From Octopus bimaculoides (Eukaryota): 60,658 nt of DNA. The number at the start of each line of letters is the position of its first letter. Position 1 is the first letter of the stretch. Under the pieces are notes generated by a model, which was not told where the DNA came from, searched no databases, and saw nothing but the letters and a program-made list of their open reading frames with translations. The position numbers and the translations under genes are program-made. This document shows positions 14,007 through 27,160 of this stretch, piece after piece. Where the stretch lies: contig NC_068983.1 of the NCBI RefSeq assembly GCF_001194135.2, positions 131,991,254 to 132,051,911 of the forward strand, written 5' to 3'.

Positions 14007-14560
14007 AATGATTGAGCAGAGCATGCCATCAAAGTGACACTGCGGTAAAATATACGAAGCCTATTATACCTATCATGACTACTCGCCTGATAAGGGTACA
14101 CCAGGCACATGCATCACAACCATATGTGCGCGACATGGTGATCTCATATCAAGATAAACAGCGTATGACCTCGCAGGTGGGGCCCAGTTAAAATTTTCTT
14201 CTGGTCGAGTAGCCCATCCTGCTCAAAAGGTGCTTGAATAAGATTTGGTTAAGGATGTTGAGCAAAACACCCATGTTTCCAAAAGTGAATTATTCAAACC
14301 CCAAAGAATTCCTCTCAACACATGGCTATGATGCTCCCCCACTACTTCTGCTCATGATCAGAGATGCATATACCGTCAGCCACTAAGGGACATGCTCAAC
14401 TGGTTAAGGTCAAACAACTGACAAACAAATCTGTAGTATTATGCAAAATATTTGCTGTAGCCCATCTTTTATGCCAAGACAAAATAATGTACATGATAAC
14501 ATTTCCAATCAATTAAGATCAGAAGCCACGAAAGCCACTGCCTGGTACTGCATCCGGGCT
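14003..14560 (-). mobile_element. Non-coding interspersed element, copy 2, flanked by (ATT)n
   Basis: Colinear with 13433-13942 and carries ~33 extra bp (..GACATGGTGATCTCATATCAAGATAAACAGC..); ATT arrays at 13944-14002 and 14561-14649. Confidence 0.75.
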
Positions 14561-14564
14561 ATTA

Positions 14565-14649
<85 letters not shown>

Positions 14650-14718
14650 CTTGGATGTGTTTGATCCAGTCTGCATTTTCATTGTATGGTTTCTCATCAC
14701 TCCAAATCCCTTTCCAAA
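14650..14718 (-). mobile_element. Small R4/Dong-clade LINE fragment
   Basis: Minus translation FWKGIWSDEKPYNENADWIKHIQD resembles the region just upstream of the RT in R4/Dong ORFs; ends at an (AAT)n array. Confidence 0.6.
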
Positions 14719-14721
14719 AGA

Positions 14722-14883
14722 GTGGTGGTAGTTATGATGGTGATGGTGCTGGTGGTGGTGGGGGTGGTAGAGGTAGTAGNNNNNNNNNNNNNNNNNNNNN
14801 NNNNNNNNNNNNNNNNNNNNNNNNNNGGTGGTGATGATGGTGGTGATGGTGGTGGTGGTGGTGATGGTGGTGGTGGTGGTGTA

Positions 14884-14933
<50 letters not shown>

Positions 14934-14960
14934 CGTAGTAGTCGTAGCAGCAGCAGCAGC
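14722..14960. repeat. (GGT)n/(GTA)n/(GCA)n compound microsatellite with gap
   Basis: Direct reading. Confidence 0.95.
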
Positions 14961-14964
14961 AGTG

Positions 14965-15322
14965 AACAGAGAGTATAGAAAGCGCCAGGTTAAAGACTTT
15001 ATTCTCCCAAATGATGACAGGGTCAATTTGAGAGGTGCAGAGATAACAGCAAAGTACCAGGACCTGAGAACTACGTTATAGAAGCTTCAGAAAGTTCGGG
15101 TAAAATGCATCCCTATAGGCATAAGCGTATTAGAAACTGTTTCTAAAGATTTGAACACATGAATAGAGGTGCATGTATAAAATGTAGCTTAATGCATCTC
15201 CAGATGCAGCAGTATCATTAGGGACAGCTATGATACTTAGGGAGTTCTTTACACCTAAGATTATTTGTAGCAGCCCGGTGTTTGGAATGTTTTCAAACAG
15301 CCTAAACTGTTGTGCGTAAATG
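14965..15322 (+). mobile_element. R4/Dong-clade LINE 3' end (second subfamily) with (AAT)n tail
   Basis: DFILPNDDRVNLRGAEITAKYQDLRTTL*KLQKVRVKCIPIG..VSLGTAMILR resembles the REL C-terminus; followed by (AAT)n at 15323-15405 (with a short gap). Confidence 0.75.
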
Positions 15323-15323
15323 A

Positions 15324-15363
<40 letters not shown>

Positions 15364-15579
15364 NNNNNNNNNNCATAAAATAATAATAATAATAATAATA
15401 ATAATGTTGATGAGAATAGTCCAAGTCGAAAAAGATACAGAAAGAGAAGGCTAGCGAAATGGAGAAAAAGCGGAATCTTTCAAACTACTGAACAATAATT
15501 TGCCGATAACTTAGAACAAATGGGTTGCTTTCAAATATAGACTTAGTTGAGATGAAATGTGACATTGCAATGGAATTTG

Positions 15580-17250
15580 ACAGAAATCAACCTAGCGACG
15601 AACAATTATATAACTGAATGGATGAAAGGCAAATACATGAGGCGTAGTTTGAAACTGAAGATAATGTTCGAAATAAGAATATGATACTGAATATAGATAA
15701 AGAAAACATTAGGCAGGAACGGAAAAGAAGTGGAATTGAAGAAATCAAAATAAGAGAAGAAATTGTAGAACAGATTATAACGAAGGAAGTCCCACCAAAT
15801 TTGAAGGATCTAGACGAGAAAAACTGAGATAAAAAGCAAACCAAATCAACAAAGTTATAGGATACATAAAATGATATTGGATTAAATTATTTACGTGATA
15901 TCACTTGAGAATTGCAGGCCAATTTCAGGAACATGAGTGGGAGTGACTTTCCATTGTGGATGACACAGGGAGAAATAATATTAGTCTTGGACGGTGTATC
16001 AAAGGGTAATGAAATGCTAAATTGTCGACTAATAACATGTTTAGCAATCATGTGGAAACTTGTTGACGTAGCAGACGGACTGTACAAATGATGAATGTTT
16101 ATTACCAGATGAATGGAAGGGTTGTAAACGCAGGTCAAGGGGGACAAAACATGTTGATAGACAAGAGGATACCAAGGAACTGCAAAGGAAGGGTAACGGG
16201 ACTAGGCATGGAGTAGAATGCTTACAAAAATGATTATTATATGTTACCTCACAGGTGGGTAAAAAAAATGTATAGAGATATTTGGAGTGGCAGAGTGTAC
16301 AGAGTGCTAAAAGAAGCGTGTGAAACGGAGTTAACACTAGCAGGAAAGTGATTATATATAATGATTATTAAAAGAGGAATATTCCAGTGAGATGCCCTCT
16401 CAGTACTCATGTTTGTGTTGATATTAGTACCTCTGTCGATAGTTTGAAATGTGTTAAAAGAGGATTTGGGAAATGGACGATTTAAAACTATATGAAAAAA
16501 AGTGAAAATCAACTTGGCATACTGGTGAACAATGTAAGAATTTTCAGCAATGATATAGGCATTGAATTTGGTGTCAATAAATTTGCCGTTTTGATATATA
16601 AGAGGAATATAAAGCAAATTCAAGGACCTAAACTGCCAAATAATCAGGCAATGAGAAGCTTAGAAGAAAGTCAAGGATAAGCGTATTTGGGAATTTTGGA
16701 ACCAGATACCATCCAAAACAGAAATAATTTCAAAGGTGTCCTTCAGAGCTATGAAATTGAGACTGAAATCGAAGTTAAATTCTAGAAACATTATATAGGT
16801 AATAAATTCGAGATATTTTGTGAGATATATGGCAGGTCTAAGGAGTTGGAACAATGCGTGACAGTAGAATTTGATCGAAACCCTCGGAAAATAATGACAA
16901 TATTCAAGGCTCTGCATAAAAGTGATGTGGACAGGTACATGAAACGTAAAAGTGGTGGATCAATGCGAGGGGTGTGTGAAAAGTCTCAATCGGTATGTTA
17001 ACAAAAGTAGTGAAGAATTGCTAGCAGCAGCGAGCAGTGCAAACATACTAGGCAAACAAGAATTGAATTACATAAAAAGTGAAAGCCAAGTTATATGGAA
17101 AAACATTTACGCCAACAGTTTATAATGAATACTGCGGCAAAAGGTGTCGAATGCACTGGGAATTGGTTGACAAGAGAAACTCTCAAAAGAGAGGATAAGG
17201 ACTAATCGTGGAAGATGAAGACCAACTGATATGTGACTAAAATGTGTAAC
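15580..17250 (+). mobile_element. R4/Dong-clade LINE RT region, heavily decayed
   Basis: PLWMTQG..CRLITCLAIMWKL..LPDEWKGCKRRSRGTK..KRGIFQ*DALS..MDDLKLYEKSENQL..IGIEFGVNK..YLGILE..LKSKLNSRNI..RKTRKIMT. Confidence 0.9.
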
Positions 17251-17614
17251 GTTATTTTAAGGATGCTCCACTGATTCCGCGAAATACTTCGTAAATATGT
17301 ATACAAAATAGGAATACATTTTATTCAGTAAAAATGGCTAGGAATGTGAAAGGGGCTAGGCAATTGTACAATAACTAAAACAAAAAGAATTGGTCGACAC
17401 TTTCAACCCACAGTATGTGTGGTATTTTATTTTCTCGACTTCTGTACAGTGATTGGTAAATTTGAACATTTACTGATTTAGTCTCCGTACCTAAGGAGCC
17501 AGGCCAAACACTGCAAGACATTTTTTCTCATTCAATTGATTCTTTCATATCACTACACTAGCAACAGCACCAAAATAATCATTTGTGTTATTGTCAAAAT
17601 CTTGGAATATTGGG

Positions 17615-17785
17615 GAATTGGAATGAGGTTCGACCCCAGCAGTCAACAGATGCTTATTTTATCGACTCAGAAAAATTGATAGGCAAAAACGAGCTCAGCG
17701 AAATTTGAACTCAATGTGTAGAGGCAGACGTAATGCCGCTGCGCAATTTTTCCGGCGCGCTAACGATTCTGCCAGCGCGCCGCTT
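17615..17785 (-). mobile_element. SINE family A
   Basis: Reverse complement of family A (CGACCCCAG..TTTATCGAC..ATTTGAAC..GCTAACGATTCTGCCAGC). Confidence 0.8.
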
Positions 17786-17809
17786 TAACAACAACAAAAA
17801 TCCCTTCAA

Positions 17810-18015
17810 CTGCAGGTACAAGGCCTAAAATTTGGTGGGGAAGGGTCTAGTTGATAACATCGACCCCATTATTTCACTAGTAGGTAATTTATCGACCCCG
17901 GAGGTTGAACGGCAAAGTCGACCTCGACGAAATTTGAACTCACAACCTAGCGGCATATGAAATACCGCTAAGCATTCAGCCCGGCGTGCTAACGATTCTT
18001 CCAACTCACCGCCTT
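17810..18015 (-). mobile_element. SINE family A (tandem neighbour)
   Basis: ATCGACCCC..GGCAAAGTCGACCTCGACGAAATTTGAAC..GCTAACGATTC. Confidence 0.85.
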
Positions 18016-18980
18016 AACATCAACAAACAAAAAAAAAAAAAAAAAAAAAAAAAAAAGATAAAGAAAACGATTCCTTATACTAATGTTTTCGCAGGACTAC
18101 TAATATTTAATCGTTTTTTACATAATATTTAGACTTATTTCTTATCGTAAGATATCAGAATCATATATTTGAATGGATTTGCAACAGCAGAACATCAAGT
18201 TGCCGTTAACAATTTTTGAATATGAACAATGTGTTTTAATTTCTGAAATGATGTAGAATATATTTCCATAGTATCAATTATAATGGGTAATTTTCGTCAT
18301 TATATTTCTTTCAGAATTATTCTATTGTTGTAAAAATCTACACCTTTTATTATACATTGAAGAAGTTATGAATTTATAGCATCAAAATGTCTCTGATAAT
18401 AGAAACTTTCTTTGATAAGAAGATTTCATAAGACATTTTGTAAGATAAGGTTATTTGAGTATCAATTTGCATTTATTATCTTAATTTACGGAGCTATTAC
18501 ACCTTAGTGCAAGGTGACCATATTCCATACGGTGACATTTAATGCTCTCATAATGTACCATAGGTATACTAAATATCACTGATTTACCTAGTATCTTTAA
18601 ATTCTCTTATTACTTCTCATAATCCTGCTGTATATGTTTTGACATCTTCTGTAGAAATGGTAAATCAGGATGATAATACTGCGAAAGATTTTTGTGTGTT
18701 ATTTGCTTTCCTTAAGTATCAACTGAGGAAATGTATCACAAATTCCCTTGTTAAATTATTCAGAAATCCATATCATATAATGACCATTTTATAGTTCTCT
18801 AGATTATGATGCATACACTAGAGTACATGTAGAATTCTGCAACAACATTGTTATTTTAAGTTATAATTATTTCAGTTTAAATACTCTAGTCAGTGCAACA
18901 TTTGCAGAAGCGTAGGTTGTCATGTGTCTTAAATTATGTAGTTTATAAATCACATATACTGCGGATCTTTAATAATATGA

Positions 18981-19150
18981 TCAACATTCTATGTCTCCAA
19001 ATGAAATGCGGTGTCTTCTTGTATATGATACAGCAGGATTGCCTTGATATATTTTTACGTGAAGTGTAGAGGGAAGAGAAGTGACCAAATCTTTTAAAAC
19101 CTTAAGCATGTGTTCTGTGGAACTTGATTCTATAGCAGTACCTCGTCGTG
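18981..19150 (-). other. Candidate terminal coding exon of an unidentified gene
   Basis: TTTGTAG acceptor followed by an open frame RRGTAIESSSTEHMLKVLKDLVTSLPSTLHVKIYQGNPAVSYTRRHRISFGDIEC*; no family recognised. Confidence 0.25.
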
Positions 19151-20038
19151 CTACAAACAGCAATTATACTTCCTATAATTTATATTAGATTGTCTTTAAA
19201 CGGTTATATGTTGCAATCAAAAAAGGTAGTACGTAGATCCTTTTTAATTTCTGGCATACATTAATCTTTACACGCTAAGCATGCCACTAATTATAGCTCA
19301 ACGAGATAAAGATTGAATTTGTGCAAATACACAACATATTAGTGGCTCTTCAAGAAAATATGAACCCTGATTGGGAAGATTATTATTCAAAGCAAAGGTA
19401 TTATGTACGTGCACAAACACTATTCTATTCAGTCATAGTTTATCAATGTTTACAATAGCCACAATAATTCTTTTAAAATATTTTGGTCTGTTTTGAGGGA
19501 TATTTGACTGCTTTCTCTAAAAGTTGTAGCGATATCTAAGCATCATTTTCACTGGATTGCTTAATCGCAATGACCCTCGAAATGTTATTCTAAAATGTTA
19601 CAGTTGCCGAGAGAAATCTTTGAGCTATTTGAAATTCTATCGTGAAATTTCTACTTTATACTCTTCTAACAATGTGACACAGAAAAGATGCTGAGATCGA
19701 AGAGTGAGCCAAAATGGACGACACTGTACAAGGAATTCTGTACAACAGAAACATGTACAAACATAGTACCGCTACATGAATAGAAGTTGTCGAGTAATGA
19801 ATATGCTTTGTGCTTAATAAAACTTTTTTTATATGTATTTGGATGCAGTTTTGAATATACATGTGTGTATTTACTGCTCTGTCCCTGCTGCGTGACGATA
19901 TCCCATAGAAGAAATTTGAATGCAATTTCTATCAGGAAGAAATGAACATATACTGGCTCCCTCGGTATCTCAATAGCTATGTGAGCATAATTAGATGTCG
20001 ATGGATATAACGGTAACCTTGTCATAGTTTTATTACAG

Positions 20039-20121
20039 ATTATGAATATATAGTAGGAGGAACACTACACTTCCTATCTGCAAGATCGCAAAATGCACGT
20101 GGCGTATCTATTCATTTCTCG
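20039..20121 (+). other. Candidate internal exon
   Basis: TTTTATTACAG acceptor, GTAAGT donor, open frame YEYIVGGTLHFLSARSQNARGVSIHFS with weak similarity to a CUB-domain C-terminus. Confidence 0.3.
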
Positions 20122-20604
20122 GTAAGTGTAGATGATGTTGTTAAATGTTTCTCTAGTGATCATTAGAAGTACTAAAATATTAATATTACTAAATAATGTA
20201 CTATAATATTGATGATCGTGTTTCAGCTCTACCAGTTGTATTTTCAGTTGAAGGTCTCTCTTATTGATTAAATAATCTATTTAATTCTCACCTAGAACGT
20301 GATGTCAGCTCTCAATCCTTTTCCAGATCAGAACTTATCTGGTTTCTACACATCCCCACTGCATAAATGGCATTACTGAGGGGACTGGAGCTGTATCATA
20401 AATCCCTCGATCAGATGGTCTCTCCCCTTTCCGTTATACAATACAACGTTAGCTACTCCCGACAGATCTCTTACTACATGACATAACATTAAAGTATGTC
20501 TGTCACTAAACTCGACACAGTCTTTAATGATGAAGCATGTATCATAAACTTCCGCCTCAGAAATATTAGATGAGTTGTTAGGATATTCTTTAATATCGAT
20601 TTAA

Positions 20605-20810
20605 AATTTTGACACAAGACCAGCAGTTTCTTGGAAGGGGGTAAATCGATAAACATCGACCCAAGTGTTCAACTGATATTTATGTTATAGACCTCGAAAG
20701 GAAGAAAAATAAAATCCAGCTTGACGGAAGTTGAACTCAGAACATAAAGACGGACGATATGCCACAAAGCATTTTGCCCGGTGCCCTAACGATTTTGGCA
20801 AGACACCGAC
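20605..20810 (-). mobile_element. SINE family A (diverged)
   Basis: ATCGACCCAAG..GTTGAACTCAGAAC..GCCCGGTGCCCTAACGATT. Confidence 0.75.
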
Positions 20811-21294
20811 CATAGTTATTTATTAATATCAATTATCTGAAGGAAAACTTTAGTGTCTTAGTTTTTGGCCGAAAGGCAGACGTTATTTACCATCCAAGGC
20901 GTACTTGCAACAACATATAATACCTTAAAAATCATGCGCCGGGTAATTATTTTGAAAGCAGTTAGCCAATGAAATCTACTTATCAAATCAGAAGCAGCAT
21001 GTCACTTCAAATTCCACAGAAGCCTTGCTAACCACTGTTTACACACAAATCATGTCGATGGAAGAATGCATCTTCTCAACTGGTGCACAGTGGACTGAAC
21101 AGGAACAGAAACGAGTGCGTTTGCTAATATTAGTTTTCTCGATCAGAATTTAGCCAGGCTTAAACAAAAGAGAATCTATAAATCGTGATACAATCTAAAA
21201 CATATTATTAATTTTAAATGCAGCACCTCATAACTAAATTGGTTGTATCTTTCATTTTTGATAATTGTTTTCGTTATAGTCGTCTTTACTTTTC

Positions 21295-21530
21295 GTATTT
21301 ACACCGGCCAGACAGGTAATGCACTATCGGAACGCTCACGGGTGCATCGACAACAGATTAAAAACCCAGAAGTCCGCCAAATGCCACTGAGTAACCATCT
21401 GGCAACATGTGGTCATCAAACTTTTATTATATTTCCATTCCATAAACTTTACAACCGGAATGAAATTGAGAGACAATGCAAAGAAAAGGACTTTATTAAG
21501 AAATTCAAACCCACTCTTAACAAACAATGA
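21295..21530 (+). mobile_element. Penelope-like element, GIY-YIG endonuclease C-terminal fragment
   Basis: IYTGQTGNALSERSRVHRQQIKNPEVRQMPLSNHLATC..IFPFHKL..KEKDFIKKFKPTLN matches the PLE YIG..R..H..E..N layout; likely 3' UTR runs into gap 21646-22082. Confidence 0.85.
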
Positions 21531-22308
21531 TTTAATTTATCTTACTTGGGGTTTAACAATCTTATCCCTATAACTAAAACACAAAAAATCTCTCAAATGT
21601 CATCATTTCTAAAAGTAGATTTGGCATCATTTCTAAGAATAGCCANNNNNNNNNNNNNNNNNNNNNNNNNNNNNNNNNNNNNNNNNNNNNNNNNNNNNNN
21701 NNNNNNNNNNNNNNNNNNNNNNNNNNNNNNNNNNNNNNNNNNNNNNNNNNNNNNNNNNNNNNNNNNNNNNNNNNNNNNNNNNNNNNNNNNNNNNNNNNNN
21801 NNNNNNNNNNNNNNNNNNNNNNNNNNNNNNNNNNNNNNNNNNNNNNNNNNNNNNNNNNNNNNNNNNNNNNNNNNNNNNNNNNNNNNNNNNNNNNNNNNNN
21901 NNNNNNNNNNNNNNNNNNNNNNNNNNNNNNNNNNNNNNNNNNNNNNNNNNNNNNNNNNNNNNNNNNNNNNNNNNNNNNNNNNNNNNNNNNNNNNNNNNNN
22001 NNNNNNNNNNNNNNNNNNNNNNNNNNNNNNNNNNNNNNNNNNNNNNNNNNNNNNNNNNNNNNNNNNNNNNNNNNNNNNNNNNAATAAGACATTCAATACT
22101 TTATTTCATTGTACCATCCATTTTTATTTTATATTATATATTGTATATTATATTATATATTGTATATTCCATATTCTATATCCCACATTGGTTTTGCAGG
22201 AATATAAATAAAACAAAAAACAGACAGTGTTGGAACTCTTTTAAACAAAATAATATATTCCTCTATACACAATCATACAAAACCCCTTTTTTTGTATTTA
22301 TTTTTACT

Positions 22309-22353
<45 letters not shown>

Positions 22354-23677
22354 CTTATACGAATAAAATAAATCAATATCTATTAATTACGAATCGTAAA
22401 CCTAAAAGAAATAAGTTGAAGCAAATTTAAATATAGTTAATTTTAAAGATAATATCATAAATCTTAAAGCAAATTCTCACTCATGGTTTTGAGAAAAAAA
22501 AATGAAAAGATAGAATGCATAGTTATCTCCTAAAACTACCCGTCTAGTTAATACTTTACTAAAAACATTATTAGTATACGATTATCTAGCATTTCAGCCA
22601 ATAGATATTTATTCCTTTAATAACGTTTCCATTTACTACGACGTAGTGTTAAAACGAAGCGTGTTGCGACATAAAATATATTACATTATATATTGCTTTA
22701 TTAAGTACGAAATTATGAGTTGGATCAATGCTCCATTCAGTTTTAATGAGCGTACGCGTATTACCACACATCTTTTTTTTTCTATTTGTCAGACAAATAC
22801 TCTCTAAAATATCATATCAGTAAAACGTTTAATAGATATAATATTAAATTTCTCTTCAGGTGTGAGCATAATTTTCCATCGCAGATAGAAAACATTAAAA
22901 ATAAAAAAAAGCTCACAGACATTTTTGCACAGAATATGTCATACACATGTGCCTCAATCTCATAAATTCCAAATTAAGTAATTCATATAAATTAAAATCG
23001 ATAGTTATCACTGTAAATATATTTACAACTGATCCTTCAGTAACCAACATTATTTTTGCAACAGAAATTAAATATAACATGCAATTTGATCACCATTCTT
23101 TAAAAATTTCCGAGAATGTTCAGAGATAGGTTTAGGAAAGTATTCAGGTATTTAAAATGACGATAAAATTGTTTAGAATATGACACAAGATGCAACGCAT
23201 TATAAAATATGTGTACAAAGGGCTGAGATGCTCTTCTTTCAGGAAAAACGAATCTGAAGTTTTATAAAGTATCCATCTTGAACAGAACGACGAAATTGAT
23301 ATTTATGTTGTTCTAAAAATAAATACCTCTCCGAATATTCAGAATTATCTAGCAACTGAAAATGGCAGAGTCCTATAACCTATGCAAGAATATTATGCAT
23401 GTGTGTTTCATTAGAAAAGAAAAAAAAATCCGCAGTTATGTTGATTAAACGAGGGATAGAGTCAGCCATTAATATATTGATTACATAGAATAGTTTTGTA
23501 TTGTCAATGGTCTTAAAACTCATACCTTGTATGCACATACGAAGTTATCTCATTACATTCATTGATGGACAATCAGTGAACAAGAAACTAATAGTTGTAA
23601 TCTATGTAAATTCAGCTTAAAATACAATGCGTAACCTAATGTATATCTTTGTACATAATTATGTATCTTCTTCCTAC

Positions 23678-23678
23678 A

Positions 23679-23728
<50 letters not shown>
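23678..23728. repeat. (CA)n microsatellite
   Basis: Direct reading. Confidence 0.97.
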
Positions 23729-23731
<3 letters not shown>

Positions 23732-26539
23732 GCACACACGAACGCACACATATACACACACGCACATAAGCAGCGTGCACAGATACACATACTCACGGAA
23801 ACACAAGTAATGTCATTTTGAATACGTTCACGCCCAGTAACCGAGATATATCCTGAACACAAATCTATAAATACTTTGTTGCAGTATCATAAATAATACA
23901 TAGCGATTGTTCCTTAATAATGTCCTCATACTTATAAATATAATGAGAGGCCAAGAAAGCAGCAATATAATTAGGAGGACTATATTTGAGAACAATCAAT
24001 AGAAAATGAGTGACGTCTGAAAATGTTGACGATTAACAAAATAAAATAAATCTCAGTGTTTATTGTACGTGTCTGAAAATATTTTGCATTTATTGTGCGT
24101 GTCTCAGATGAAGCCTCAGTCTGAATAACGATGGAACTTTACAAAATGTTCATGACATTTCCATGAAAACAACGACTTTGAACACAATTTGGTAACTTCA
24201 ACATTCAATGTCACGTTCTTTGAACAGATTATGAGGTTTATTCGGAATAACAACTATCACGAATAGAGTAATGACAGCAATTTGAAATGAATCGGTTTAT
24301 AGAACTTTCGATATTCTGACTACATAATTAACTCTGAAATGTCCATATGCGCTTTGAAAGCATCTGAAAGGGTTTCCTTTGATGTCGACGGCATGTTTTT
24401 TCTTTTTGTATTTTTGGTGTTTTGAATTCACGGTAAAACAGACAGAATATATTTGTTAGTAATTGTTTTAATAATTTAATAGCATTTACATTTGTGCACA
24501 AAAAAAAATTACCTAAGTCATAGAAATGTAGAAAAAGATCTGCGTTGCACGATGTGAAGCAGAAGTGCATTTCGCGTATCGACAAAATGTAAAGAGCAAA
24601 GTATGTATTTAAACACAAATTCGTTAGAGTTTTGTTGTCTGTGGTGTTTAATCTCGATTCGACCTTTATCTATAAATGTCGACCTTTATCTACGAATGTT
24701 ACTCAAGCGGTGAATATATCGTTTATTTTTCTAGTTATAGTGGACTCTGAGCTGTATTGGGTTATATTATTCTTAAAGATTTTAAAGATAGTAAGGTGAG
24801 GTTTTAGAACGGTTGGTTTGCCATTCCTAGAAGGTAAAGAGACGAACATCGGCTTCGTCTGGCTACTTAGTATGAGTTGCATTCATATTTGTCTTTGGTA
24901 CTTGATTCTTAATGTTTCACTTAGTAGTTCATTATTGCAGCAAAATCCAGTAACTGCGAGAATGTTAATGACTGGGTAAGATACTTTGATTAAAGCCATT
25001 AAGATATTTATTAAAAACTCTCGCTGATCAAGAATCTATGTGAAGCAAAATTAGACAGCCCCGCTTCATAATGTACATCATTGTTGACCAGATGTAGAAT
25101 GTTGATAATTTGCGAACCAAACTTTGTCAGATTCACTGTCTTTCATCCTATGAAGCCCACTCTTTTACAAGTCTCTGATCCAATGTAAAATTTCTTTTGT
25201 CACCCTCATTCATTTGTTCCGAAAATTTATCATCTGCGATACCTTTCCTACTCCTCTGTCTCAGCCCTAAAATCATGTGTATGTAAACGAGAAATATCTG
25301 AACGAGTAACAGTTTCCAAATAAGTATATCTACTAAGTACAAGTACCATTTTACTAAGGCTTCCATCAGTAAAATTACTGAGAAACGCTGGCTACCTGAA
25401 ATCATCAAAATATAAAAGAACTTACAATACCTAAAAAGTAGGTGAAGTAATCATACAGTGATTGCAAAACACGCATGGGTACTCACTGTCTTATCGTTTA
25501 CACAAAATCACTTCGAACTGGAAGAGCAATGCCGGGGGCGTTCAGTTCACCTACATTACAGGTGGCAAGAAAGAAGTTATAACCCGATTAGCGATCTGAA
25601 TCAGATACTTGAAATCTGCCTAATTCCCACATAAGCGATAATATTGGCTTCCAAATGATTTTCGTCACAAAATGTATAATTAAATGGTTTCAATTAACCC
25701 ATGCATATCATAGCAAAGAGTTTCTCAATGAACCACCCAGAGGCATCGAGCTTGAAACCACGCTGCGATACTAACAGCGTGATAAACATATTTTGTAATT
25801 CAATATCTTTTAGTACATCATGTAGGCTATACGCAGTATTTCATACAAGTTCATTTAGATCTTTACTTTATCACCATCTGCACGAAAATTATAAAAGTTA
25901 TTTCACGATTAACACGTATCATTGTTTTGCTTCGTAATAGATTTGACATTTATCACCGTCTTTTATTACTTCTTCTCCTTATGCAACATCTATTAAGTGT
26001 CTCTCTTTTATAGCAACATTCCTGATATGTAACTGCATAGATTACACTATTTTAAAATTGTTATACCTATTATTATCTATTCTTCTAAAGGTATGTAATT
26101 CCAAAATGTTACTTAACGGAGATATAACAAAATGTTACGACATATTATTGAGCTATTTAACTAAAATATTTTACATTAGGAAGCTTCATTTTATAGCTTG
26201 CCTAAAATATATTGCTTATAAATTTTATACTGAAAATACAGACACATCAAATGTAACTGGCATGACATAACACAAGGTAGTCTAGTTGCTCATGTTGTGA
26301 GGTATCTGGTGTATTTTATTTCAGACGCAATTAATGTAGTGGATATTCCCATAAGGCTGTTAAAATAAATATAATTTGTATTATGACGTAGGTTACATTC
26401 AGTAGGTTTTCAGTTTTACAACATTCTGTCATTTACTTTCTCACCTGAGTCAAATAATATTAGATAATAAATCGAATGGCATACACCGGATAGTTTACCG
26501 GTAAAGCACTTTCGCTTTCACAGAGTTTATTGAGCTTTT

Positions 26540-27160
26540 GATTAATGAGAGAGGCTGAAGATCGGAAGTACGAAATTTTTTATTGATCACAACAACTGAT
26601 TCGACCCATCTAGCATCGATCCCTCGTGGGTGGCATACTGAACTGCTGGTTTAGGTGCATCTGTCAGTGTAGATGTCTTTCTTCAAGACATTACAAGATT
26701 TTCTCGTTAAACCAACGTCTGTTCTGCAAGCTTACGTGTCGGTACGTGTATACAAAAGCAACAAATTAAGGACAACTTCATTATTATAGAAGTTCAATAA
26801 AAATCAGATGCAAAATGAAACAAAGACACAATACATTTTTGGCTGTATTGTGTTTTTGTTTCTTTTTGCATTTGCTAATGTTTGCATCTGATTTTTATGA
26901 ATTTTCTGTTAGAATGAAGCGGTATCCCATAACTTGATGATTTTGTATACATATACCAAGAAGCAAAGTTTCGGAACAGACGTTACTTTAACGAGATATA
27001 TTTTGTAATCCCCTGAAAAGACACATCTACACCGCCGGATACTCCTAAAACCAGTAGCTCAGTATCCTACTCATGAGGGATCGATGCTAGAAGTGTCGAA
27101 GCAGTTGTTGTGATCAGTAAACATTCCTGTATTGTCCATATTCGGTCTTTCTCATCAATC
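26540..27160. mobile_element. Foldback/MITE-like element (~620 bp imperfect palindrome)
   Basis: Left arm 26540-26834 aligns to the reverse complement of 26845-27160; ~10 nt loop; right end abuts (TA)n. Confidence 0.85.

Noticed and set aside
14500-14560. HDV-like ribozyme at the putative 5' end of the TAA-embedded element
   Set aside because: GGC-TTTCGTG-GCT looks like P3/L3, but P1 does not pair and copy 1 does not conserve the pattern.
13296-14649. CRISPR-like or repeat-spacer array
   Set aside because: The units are microsatellite arrays around two homologous ~0.5 kb elements; there are no constant-length repeats with unique spacers and no cas genes.
24661-24700. 20 bp tandem duplication GACCTTTATCTA..AATGT
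   Set aside because: An ordinary local slippage duplication with no further context.
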